A stretch of DNA of 64,000 nt from Wickerhamiella versatilis. Lineage: Eukaryota. Location of the stretch: NCBI GenBank assembly GCA_030867685.1, contig JAQOWU010000008.1, forward strand, positions 3,968,001 to 4,032,000, read 5' to 3'. Shown here in pieces: positions 49,465 through 58,550 of the stretch; the first letter of the stretch is position 1; each line of letters starts with the position of its first letter. A program made the translations under genes and the position numbers. Under the pieces are notes generated by a model. The model ran no database searches. It was not told where the DNA came from and worked only from the letters and a program-made list of their open reading frames with translations.

Positions 49465-50541
49465 TTAGTAGTTAGTTTTCTTAGGAGTATTTTTTGGCTT
49501 CACCTCCATCTCCTTTACCGCGTGGATCTTGATGTTGAGTGGGTTGCTCGGTGTGTTGAATTCATAGCCCTTTGACCAGTCGTAACCTGTAGAGTATGCC
49601 AATAGATTGCCCGAATGGTTGAAGGCCATCGACGTCACAATGCCACCAACGTCTTTACTATATCGTATCCGTAATTTGCTTTCTTTATCCCAAATTTGGA
49701 TTGTTCCATCAGCACCACAACTTGCTAAGGTATTGTAAACCGGATGAAAGCACAAATCGTTCACAGCATAGAGATATTCACTAGGCTTTCCGCTCGAGGG
49801 CTGCTTTACGCGATGGCAACGGAATGAAAAGCTTGCGCTGGCAGGTCGAGAGGGATCTACGTAGGCAATCCCGCACCTGGCCTCTACACCAGCATACGCG
49901 TAGCCGGCACCATCACTATGGCATGCCACTACCCTCAATCCCTGTTTTAACGAGCATGGGGATGTTCTGAAAATCTGACCAGGGTTATCGAGATTGAAAA
50001 TGCAAATGTTTCTGTCGGCACACCCTACCGTGAGAAGCTTTTTCTGAGTATCCATCGAGTAGGCACGTTCAGGAAGTTGGACGGTGGCTACAGGCTGCTC
50101 TTGCCTCATGTCCCAGTATTTGACAGTTTTGTCCCACGAGCAGCTTGCCACCATCGGCTGTCCCACATCTACGCAGGCAACACCGGACACTGGTTGATCA
50201 TGGGCACCGATTTGGGCTGGTTGACCTGAGGCTAGATCGTAAGCACGAACGGCATTATCACAGCCACCGCTGATGACCTTGGAGCCATCTGCAAACCATG
50301 CAGTGTCCAGCACTGGTGCTTCATGGTTATACAAAGCGCGGCCTTGGGACTCCTGGGTCGACCCATTCACCTCGTAGATCCGCACAGCCTTATCCCAAGA
50401 GGCAACACTCAGCAAGTCCGCTGTGGGGCTAAACTCCATATGTGATACAGTATCTGATGGACCATTAGGCACAAGGCGGTCGTTACTCAAATTAAGCTCC
50501 AGGTTATTAGCACCTATGCCCGTGCGAGCCAACAGTGACAT
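49465..50541 (-). CDS. GLE2: mRNA export factor / nucleoporin Gle2 (Rae1), WD40
   Basis: SVASWDKAVRIYEV, SWDKTVKYWDMR, LPERAYSMD, FSFRCHR and YDWSKGY. Confidence 0.93.
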   Translation of the reverse strand: MSLLARTGIGANNLELNLSNDRLVPNGPSDTVSHMEFSPTADLLSVASWDKAVRIYEVNGSTQESQGRALYNHEAPVLDTAWFADGSKVISGGCDNAVRAYDLASGQPAQIGAHDQPVSGVACVDVGQPMVASCSWDKTVKYWDMRQEQPVATVQLPERAYSMDTQKKLLTVGCADRNICIFNLDNPGQIFRTSPCSLKQGLRVVACHSDGAGYAYAGVEARCGIAYVDPSRPASASFSFRCHRVKQPSSGKPSEYLYAVNDLCFHPVYNTLASCGADGTIQIWDKESKLRIRYSKDVGGIVTSMAFNHSGNLLAYSTGYDWSKGYEFNTPSNPLNIKIHAVKEMEVKPKNTPKKTNY

Positions 50542-51376
50542 GACTAAGTAAAAAGTCAGAAAGCACCGCTTACGTAGCTCTCCTTGGTTTGGCCAAACAG
50601 ATAGAGCGGAGGATGTAGGGACCGCATTACTTTTGAGCCAGTTGATCTAGGCTCAATTTTTTTTTATATTTCAGGTATTTGACAAACCATGTATCTCTAT
50701 CTTAAAATATTTAAATACGCTTGTGGCTAGCCCTATTGCTTAGTTTGACATTTTTCCGGAAGATCCATCAATAAGTAAACTGTATACTAAGTATATATAT
50801 GTACATATGTGCACATCGGTAGACCCGTTTCTTTCTTGGCACTAATTCACGTAGTATTGAGTACAAAGCCTAAAAGGCCATGCCAGAACGCAAATGAGAC
50901 GTCAAACTCCAGAGAATAAATGAATGATAGTTGCAGTGTATCTATCATCCTAATGAGACTATATCTCGAAGGATATCCCAGAAGGAGCTGCCAACATAAT
51001 CAATAAAAAAATATCCTTACGACTCTCTCACATTATTCGCTAGGGGCAAGTAAGCACCCATCCTACTTCGGGCTTGAAGTGGCTGGAGTGGTTCGCAACC
51101 CGTACATTTCCCAACCCTGAGAACATGACGGTTACTGAGAAGCAGTTGCTTAGAACACCCAATGTCGTTCTTGGTTTTGTCGAATAGCTTCAAAAAATAT
51201 AATCAGAACCTGGAAAAGCATAAATTTAGCCCAAAGTGTGACGAAAACTACCGAAATATGAAGGAGATCATGCATAGCCCTTACCCTCAACTGTTTACGC
51301 GATGCGTGCGGCTTGATGCTCGTGCACTAAGATCTCCAATATAAATACATTGCAGTATCATCGATATCAACACGAC

Positions 51377-53215
51377 ATGTGGCCGCTGCTCATATCTTTC
51401 ATTTTTGTCCGTTCATTAGCTTTAGCGGATCTCGTCTATGTTCACGAAACAGTGACTCTCTGCGACTGCGGGTCCGAGAGTTCTGTGTGTACAAATTCGG
51501 GTATTGCCCCTTCCACTTCCTTTTTATATCCATCTGAAGCTACATCTGGTAGTTCTATTCGGGTTAGTAGTTTTGCGCCTAGTATTAGCGCCTCTACTGG
51601 TGATGTTTCCAGCGAGTCATCACCTACGGGCTCAATTGCGTTGACGAGTGAGCAGACCTTTTTTAAGAAACCTAGAGGTTCGACATTTTGGGGCTACAAT
51701 GACACTGCCTCTACCAGTTCGTCAATTAGTGGGCCTTACAGTACTGTTGTTGCCTCGACCGCTCCCTCGATGACATCAGAAAGCGTTGGACCGAGTTTAA
51801 TAAAGAATTCTACCTCAAAACCTCGCATTACCAGTACACGTATATTTAACAGCAAGAGCAGCTCGTCAGAAATCTTCAATTCTGATAGTGGGCCGCATTT
51901 GGCTATACCCTCGCAATCTTCCCTAGGCGAGAGGAGCGTCAAGAGTTCGTTGGTCTCTAGTACGCGCTCACATAATGCCACTACTGTGCTAGCATCAAGC
52001 CGTCCATTCAATGCCTCAAGTAAAGTGTGGTCTTTTCCCACTCCGAATTCTAAAGCCAGCTCATCAGCCAGCTATAATGAGCGACCAAATACTTCCACAG
52101 TATATTCCAACAGTTCAGTGAGCAGCAGCTATAAGCCACCAACCACGTCCGCAGTGGTTTCGAACGGTTCAGTGAGCAGCTCTCCTAAACCAGCAACCAC
52201 GTCCACAGTATATTCCAACAGTTCAGTGAGCAGCAGCTATAAGCCACCAACCACGTCCGCAGTGGTTTCGAACAGTTCAGTGAGCAGCTCTCCTAAACCA
52301 GCAACCACAAACACAGTGGTTTCGAACAGCTCACTGAACCGCTCTCCTAAACCACCAACGACATCTACAGTGATTTCGAACAGCTCGCTCCGTAGCTCTC
52401 CTAAACCACCAACCACATCCACGGTGGTTTCAACCAGCTCACTGAGCAGCTTTTCTAAACCACCAACCACATCCAGAGTCGTTTCAACCAGTTCATTGAG
52501 CAGCTCTTCTAAGCCAGCAACCAGTTCATTGAGAAGCTCTTTTAAGCCAGCAACCACATCTACAGTGGTTTCAACCAGCTCACTGATCAGCTCACAGGCT
52601 AGCAGTAGTGAGTCGTCGACTATTCCTACTACATCCACTGGAGCTAGCTCATTGATCAAGTCGACTCCAGTCAAGAGATCGACATCGCCAACTTCGCATT
52701 ATAGCTCAGAGCTCTCTACATCATCGCAATCTACTACGTCAACAACAGCCTCGACCACCTCAAGCTCAGCTGAGCCAACCCAAACTCTCAACTCCTACCA
52801 GGAGGACATTCTAGACTATCATAATAAGGTCCGGATTCTCCACCAAGTAGGTTCGTTGGTATGGAATCAAACTCTTGCAGATTTTGCAACTGAGTATGTG
52901 AACGAGAGGGTCAATGGTACCCAATGCCTTTTCGAGCATTCGTATGGGCCATATGGCGAAAACATAGCCTTGGGATTTGGAAGCACCGATCAAGCTATGC
53001 AAGCCTGGTATAATGAATATTCTAGCTACAATTATACGGCTGGGCAGTTTGGTGAAAACACAGGACATTTCACTCAAATGGTCTGGAAAGGAAGTACAAG
53101 CGTTGGTTGTGCCACAAAAAAATGCAGTGACTCTCGACCCTATCTGGCCTGCGAATATTGGCCCAGAGGCAATGTTATCGGTAGCTTCACCGAAAACGTT
53201 TTTCCAGCCAAATAG
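51377..53215 (+). CDS. Secreted PRY/CAP-family (SCP) protein with long Ser/Thr-rich stalk
   Basis: Signal peptide from ATG 51377, Ser/Thr-rich repeats, and a C-terminal CAP domain (HNKVR..H, FEHS..PYGENIA, GHFTQMVWK, CEYWPRGNV). Confidence 0.92.
   Translation: MWPLLISFIFVRSLALADLVYVHETVTLCDCGSESSVCTNSGIAPSTSFLYPSEATSGSSIRVSSFAPSISASTGDVSSESSPTGSIALTSEQTFFKKPRGSTFWGYNDTASTSSSISGPYSTVVASTAPSMTSESVGPSLIKNSTSKPRITSTRIFNSKSSSSEIFNSDSGPHLAIPSQSSLGERSVKSSLVSSTRSHNATTVLASSRPFNASSKVWSFPTPNSKASSSASYNERPNTSTVYSNSSVSSSYKPPTTSAVVSNGSVSSSPKPATTSTVYSNSSVSSSYKPPTTSAVVSNSSVSSSPKPATTNTVVSNSSLNRSPKPPTTSTVISNSSLRSSPKPPTTSTVVSTSSLSSFSKPPTTSRVVSTSSLSSSSKPATSSLRSSFKPATTSTVVSTSSLISSQASSSESSTIPTTSTGASSLIKSTPVKRSTSPTSHYSSELSTSSQSTTSTTASTTSSSAEPTQTLNSYQEDILDYHNKVRILHQVGSLVWNQTLADFATEYVNERVNGTQCLFEHSYGPYGENIALGFGSTDQAMQAWYNEYSSYNYTAGQFGENTGHFTQMVWKGSTSVGCATKKCSDSRPYLACEYWPRGNVIGSFTENVFPAK
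52088..52592 (+). repeat. Intragenic 54-bp (18-aa) minisatellite, about 9 units, containing a near-perfect 108-bp dimer duplication
   Basis: Unit consensus about TTSTVVSNSSVSSSPKPP. TCCACAGTATATTCC recurs at 52094 and 52202, 108 bp apart. Confidence 0.92.
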
Positions 53216-53271
53216 TCCCTGGTGCAATTCAATTTATAATTATTTTTAATATAACATATTGCTTGCTTTAA

Positions 53272-56200
53272 CTAGCTAAGATGTTTGGTTGTGTCATAAG
53301 CTCGAACAACTCGCTCAGCTCCTACGTCCGGCTGCGAAAAAGCAAATCCACGCTGCTTGCGCATACGCTGCACTTGACGTACTTTACGAATTGCTCTTTG
53401 GAAATGTCCTATGCGTGGCTGTGGATCCGATATATTGTACTTTTGTATTTCCTGAATATAGTGGTAATATTCAGGCATATACATGCGTCGATAATATTTC
53501 CATGCGATATCTCTGATCAAGCATGTTGAAGGAACCAGCAAATTCAGGGACCAGAACATGGCTGTGGGATAGACTGCGCCAAGGGTACCTCTTAATTCAT
53601 CACTGATATTAGTTAAAGGGGCAATTTTCGAGTATGGCGGGTAAAGCGCTAACCAAAAGAGTAGCGAGCCAGGTATAGCCATAAATGTGTATCGATTCCA
53701 CATATTTGTGATCAGAGCTGCCTTCCCTAGAACCGTGAAACAGCAGGTGGTGTACATGACCACACCCCATGCCCACTGGTTTTGAATTGTACCGTTACGC
53801 AACACATTCCCAGACTTGTATGCTCCATAGCAAAAGAAATATATTACAATCGAATGGAAAATTCCGTTCGCGATCCACTGCCAGAATTGACTGACACTAA
53901 GAAAAACACCTTCCTGTCCAAGTCGATATAATTTAGGATATCTGTTCAGCAATCTCGCCGACACGAACTGGTCAAAGATTCCGATGACGAAAGGTGCAAG
54001 CATTGTCACGAGAACATTGAAGGCTGTAAGTATCCACGATTCATATAAGGACTCACCACTGAAACTATTGAAGAAAACATACCAGAATTGTGTGATGTAC
54101 AAAGCTATATTCTTGTAGAAACTGAAAAGAATCGCACGACTCAGGCGGTTATAGCTCCAGCTGCCATGTACTAAAAGTAGCTTTCGCAAATATCTAAACT
54201 GACCAATAGCCACATCTGCACTGCGTGCGGCCTGCTGGCCTTCCATGCCAGATATTCCTACCCCTACATGAGCAGCCTGAATCATTGAGACATCATTTGC
54301 CCCGTCCCCTATAGCCAAAAGCAACGCTTTCAGATGTTTTTTCACTAGTTTGACCACCAAGGCCTTCTGTAAAGGCGAGACCCGGCAGCAAATAACGGCT
54401 TTGCACATTACAGCCAGATCCAAGAAATCTTTTTCGACCTCTGGAGTGAGGGTAAATCCCAACGAAGTACCATCTATAACTAGCGCCAGACTGTCTAAGT
54501 CTGCCTTGGTGTTTTCTGCTGCGGCCACTGTATTTAGCTTCTGCTGAATATTAGAATGGACTTCACCAATAGTTTTCTCATTAACAATCAATAAATTCAT
54601 GTCTTCGCTTAAGAGTTTACAGCTCATCCCAATATTAATTGCTGTTTCCTGACGGTCACCCGTCAGTACCCAGATCTTGATTCCTGCATCTTGCAAAGCA
54701 TGAATTGTCTCAGGAACCCCGTCTTGCAATTTGTCTTCTATTGCTGTGACTCCGACAAACTCCAAGTTCGTCTCTATAGTTTCTGCCACGGCATCGATTT
54801 TCTCTGAACGATTTTCTAGGGATGTAGCTGCCTCATCAAAGCGTTTAACCCATGATTGATATTCATCCTCGGAAATATCACGCTGTGCGAGGCAAAGGGT
54901 CCTTAATCCTTCACCAGCAAATGACTCCAAACTAGTGATAACATCGCCCGATACTGGCGTCGCCAATCTTTCAAAAATGACAGTGTCAGCTCCTTTCGTC
55001 AGGATACGAATAGTTCCATCTGGAAACCGAAAGATAGTGCTCATACGCTTGCGTGTTGAATTAAACTCACAGATGTTCAATAATTCATACTCTTGTTCTG
55101 TTCCATTCGGAAGAGTAATACTAATACTGCGTGGTTTTCTTGCTGTGAAGCGGTAGCCAAGGTCAGCTGCCCCCTGAACCAATGCGCCCTCGTCCGGCGA
55201 AGACGCTTGATATTTGATATGCTCATCATCCTCTCCCACCCACTCTGGAATCACAGTATGACACGCCGAGAGGAGTAGTAGAAAGTTCATCATCGAGGGG
55301 CTATTAATGTCGATTCGTTGCATATCAACCCACTCGCCTTGGCGATCCTCGGGAATGTCTCGGGAGAAAGTTTTACCATCCACGTGACAAGCTTTAAACT
55401 CCATGACATTTCTCGTGAGAGTCCCTGTTTTATCACTAAAAATGTATTGGATTTGGCCGAGCTCTTCCACCAGGCTGGATGTTCGGCACACAGCGGGGGT
55501 ATCTGTCGGGGCGTAGTACATCTCAAGGTCACTACTTATCAAGAAGGCCTGATAAAACTTAATTACTTCCACTGTGACAAACATCGATATGGGAACAAGA
55601 TTTGAGAATAAAATCCAGTAAGTCAAGATATCGAGGAAAAAAGTAGATGCTGCACTGGTTGTCGAAAGACTTAGGTACCAAGCCTTGTTTTTGTCTGAAT
55701 TCTGGTGAATCACATTACCAAGTGATGATAATACTGTCATCACTATGAGAATGAGAAACAAGAATACAATCTGAAGGTTTATCATATGCTCCACAGCAGT
55801 GCGCTTTATTGGTGTTGCAGTAGCGTTACGCATTAGCTTTGTTTCATGACCTGTAAAAACAGCTACGCCATATATATATTGTGTATTTCGAAGAAGGGTA
55901 CCACGAAGAATCATTTGGTCTGGCGTGAGTGCCATTTTTTTCTCTCCATCAATCACCAGGGTTCCCTCATAAGTGTAAAGACTTGAATTTGGGTGCTCTG
56001 ATTCGATTCTGCCATGAATGTCGGAAAGTTGTTCCGGTCTAGTCAACTTCGACGTTCCAGGAAGGCTCTGCTTTATCTTCAGATTAGTTTCGCCGTCAAG
56101 ATTAGAGGTCTCTACATAGCAAAGCCCTTCTGGTTCAGAGCTCGCAAGTAGGACCAGGTCTGCAGGAACCTGCTGCTCTGACTCTACTTGAACAATGTCA

Positions 56201-56877
56201 CCAACGCGCACTTTGACCCACCTCTTAGAAACAAAGCTACCACGTGCGGGGTCAAGTACTTTTACGCGAGAATTATTGAGTTCACTGTCGCTGACACGCC
56301 GCTTCCAGTCCTCAACGAGCTCTTTAACAGCACTGACAAAGAGAACTACAATCAAGGTGCCTATCGTGGTAAAACGGTTAGTCGGCGACACATTTGGAAC
56401 CTGCTGGATAATTGCAGTGGCAAGAAAAAACAAGTTCGAGTATTTCGAAAATTGCTCGAATAAAAACTTGGGAAGAAACGTGGCTATGTTATATTTGGTT
56501 GTCGAAATTGAATTTTGTGCAAAGCGACCTTGATTCGCAAAATCATTGAGAAGAACAGTCCTAAATGGATGAGATGGTTGGTGATGACCACGTTTGATCC
56601 ATTGCCAAAGCCTTCGAATGTCGAACCTTCTATCCTCCCTTCCCGGCTCGCTATATTGTCCAAATAATCCAGATTCTGCAACGTGACCTGTCGCGTCTAA
56701 ATCCTGGAGCTCGTGAACTTCATTGCTGTCATTGAACGGATCCTCTAGATCAGGCTCAAATGGATTTTCAGGCTGGGTATCAGACAATAAATCGGGCGTA
56801 TGGCGTGGAATGGAATCATTCGGGACAGGCAGATCGTCAATCAACCAGAATTCATCATCATCCCGCTCTGCTGCCAT
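53272..56877 (-). CDS. DRS2: P4-ATPase phospholipid flippase Drs2
   Basis: LDGETNLK, PISMFVT, DKTGTLT, LTGDRQET, GDGANDV and the C-terminal RMRKQRGFAFSQ regulatory motif. Confidence 0.95.
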   Translation of the reverse strand: MAAERDDDEFWLIDDLPVPNDSIPRHTPDLLSDTQPENPFEPDLEDPFNDSNEVHELQDLDATGHVAESGLFGQYSEPGREDRRFDIRRLWQWIKRGHHQPSHPFRTVLLNDFANQGRFAQNSISTTKYNIATFLPKFLFEQFSKYSNLFFLATAIIQQVPNVSPTNRFTTIGTLIVVLFVSAVKELVEDWKRRVSDSELNNSRVKVLDPARGSFVSKRWVKVRVGDIVQVESEQQVPADLVLLASSEPEGLCYVETSNLDGETNLKIKQSLPGTSKLTRPEQLSDIHGRIESEHPNSSLYTYEGTLVIDGEKKMALTPDQMILRGTLLRNTQYIYGVAVFTGHETKLMRNATATPIKRTAVEHMINLQIVFLFLILIVMTVLSSLGNVIHQNSDKNKAWYLSLSTTSAASTFFLDILTYWILFSNLVPISMFVTVEVIKFYQAFLISSDLEMYYAPTDTPAVCRTSSLVEELGQIQYIFSDKTGTLTRNVMEFKACHVDGKTFSRDIPEDRQGEWVDMQRIDINSPSMMNFLLLLSACHTVIPEWVGEDDEHIKYQASSPDEGALVQGAADLGYRFTARKPRSISITLPNGTEQEYELLNICEFNSTRKRMSTIFRFPDGTIRILTKGADTVIFERLATPVSGDVITSLESFAGEGLRTLCLAQRDISEDEYQSWVKRFDEAATSLENRSEKIDAVAETIETNLEFVGVTAIEDKLQDGVPETIHALQDAGIKIWVLTGDRQETAINIGMSCKLLSEDMNLLIVNEKTIGEVHSNIQQKLNTVAAAENTKADLDSLALVIDGTSLGFTLTPEVEKDFLDLAVMCKAVICCRVSPLQKALVVKLVKKHLKALLLAIGDGANDVSMIQAAHVGVGISGMEGQQAARSADVAIGQFRYLRKLLLVHGSWSYNRLSRAILFSFYKNIALYITQFWYVFFNSFSGESLYESWILTAFNVLVTMLAPFVIGIFDQFVSARLLNRYPKLYRLGQEGVFLSVSQFWQWIANGIFHSIVIYFFCYGAYKSGNVLRNGTIQNQWAWGVVMYTTCCFTVLGKAALITNMWNRYTFMAIPGSLLFWLALYPPYSKIAPLTNISDELRGTLGAVYPTAMFWSLNLLVPSTCLIRDIAWKYYRRMYMPEYYHYIQEIQKYNISDPQPRIGHFQRAIRKVRQVQRMRKQRGFAFSQPDVGAERVVRAYDTTKHLS

Positions 56878-57287
56878 GTGAATCGCGTATATTTGTCATC
56901 AGGCTTCTGGCGCTTTAGCTCAGTGTGCATTTAGATTTGTGGAGCGATCAAAGCTTTTAAATGGGAATTAACCGAGTAAACAAGAAGATTAGCGACATAA
57001 ATCCAACTATGAGCTTAACAACTACCATGTGGGCTTATCTGACTAGGCGAGCTCGTATATGACCCATACGAGAGCTAAGCGAGGAATAAAAAGATTTATA
57101 TATTCAAGAATTACAGGAAAAGTGAATAAAAAATATATATATAAGAAAAAGAGGCATTAACGCCTTCCATCTTCAGTAAACATAATCAATTACATAGTAA
57201 CATTATGTCATACAAGGGCTTAGGGCGTCAGCAGGAAGAGCACACTCCTCTAGTAACTCGAGCACCACTGTACTCTCGACACAAGAC

Positions 57288-57566
57288 ATGTCTCGCAGAA
57301 CCAAGAAGGTCGGAATCTCCGGACGCTACGGTGTGCGTTATGGTTCATCCCTCCGTCGTCAGTGCCGCAAGCTAGAGAGCTTGTCTCGTGCCCGCTACGA
57401 CTGCCCTTGGTGCGGAAGAAAGTCATCCAGGCGTCAGGCCGCAGGTATCTGGTCCTGCCGTCCGTGTGGTAAGGTGGTAGCTGGCGGTGCTTATGTCCCA
57501 AATACGCCCGCAGCAATCACTGTGCGCACCACCATTCGTCGTCTGCGTGAAATGGCGGATGCCTAA
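57288..57566 (+). CDS. RPL43: 60S ribosomal protein eL43 (L37a)
   Basis: [21 protein letters not shown], zinc finger CPWC...CRPC, AGGAY and TIRRLRE. Intronless. Confidence 0.95.
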   Translation: MSRRTKKVGISGRYGVRYGSSLRRQCRKLESLSRARYDCPWCGRKSSRRQAAGIWSCRPCGKVVAGGAYVPNTPAAITVRTTIRRLREMADA

Positions 57567-58550
57567 AAAGCAGAATTTAGTATATTGCAGATTCTTATAT
57601 AACGGCCGTAGAAACACGGTAGAATGCCTTTCAAATTTTATCACAAAGTACATGTGCCCTTTTTCTTGATTTAAAGTAGCTCTTTAATCTGAGACCAAGT
57701 GTAAGGTTGTATTGGGCCAACTCGTATCTTTACTAATGATAGAGAACTGCATGTCTTAGATCGGTTTAAGACCTCGTAATTTTCAGACATGTCTGTTTTT
57801 CTGAAAGGTGTATGTGTGTAAACACAGCCTTCGATATGACGACTACAGTAGCTTTCCGAGAAAGTTTAGCTATTTATGACATTGATCCACTATTCTGACA
57901 GAAAAGAGTAATGTATCTGCTATTGGTTGAATATATAGTAAGAATATTTGACTGATTTCATTACGCTAGACGTATTTTTGAGATATATTATATCAGCAGA
58001 TCGATCGTCCTTTCATAGCCTGACTACCTGTAGAAAACATGCAATTTTCAGACATAGTCCGAAGCTATAGTCGGGATTTCTGTTGTATCGTTAAAATTAT
58101 AGTTAACTGAGCTGAATATGAGATTTATGTATGATTTACTGGTGGGGAATAGTGCTTTCGAAACACTCAGACATCGCGAAATCACCTTCCTAACCCTTGA
58201 ATAGACTTTGATACACGAGCGTTTCGGGCCCGGAGACTCTCTGGCTTCAATCAAACATGTTACATTGCTAAATTTGCTACTATATAAAGTAAATAATATA
58301 ACCAGAGTACCCATAAGAAAATAAAAGGCTGAATTTACGAAGATTGGCCACTCGCAGTGATCTGTGTCCACCTGTACCCCTAACCGTCATGCATAACCAT
58401 CCTTTTATGCTCACATGCAATGGGCAAGGGGCTCAGATCAATGAGGGCAATTTAAAGTCAAGGCGGTTATTTCTGTGCAGTCCGCAGGCTGGTGAGCTGC
58501 ACACCGACGTAATACGTAAATATTGCGTAGGACACACAAGCACTCCAGAT

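Noticed and set aside
50587-50665. Palindrome GTTTGGCCAAAC, 7-bp hairpin and T-run upstream of GLE2 as a small RNA gene
   Set aside because: Stems are short, no Pol III boxes or snoRNA boxes are present, and poly(dA:dT) is ordinary in promoters.
51080-51101. TGGCTGGAGTGGTTCGCAACC resembling tRNA A-box/B-box sequence
   Set aside because: No acceptor, anticodon or T stems can be formed and the two boxes overlap. Not a tRNA.
57836-57898. Box C/D snoRNA-like arrangement (ATGACGA ... CTGA) downstream of RPL43
   Set aside because: The C box is imperfect, there is no terminal stem, and I could not match the guides to rRNA from memory. An Rfam or snoscan search would settle it.
51162-58371. Short intergenic ORFs 51162-51344 (+) and 58048-58371 (-)
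   Set aside because: AT-rich, no motifs, located in the promoter regions of the PRY gene and SWE1; likely chance ORFs.
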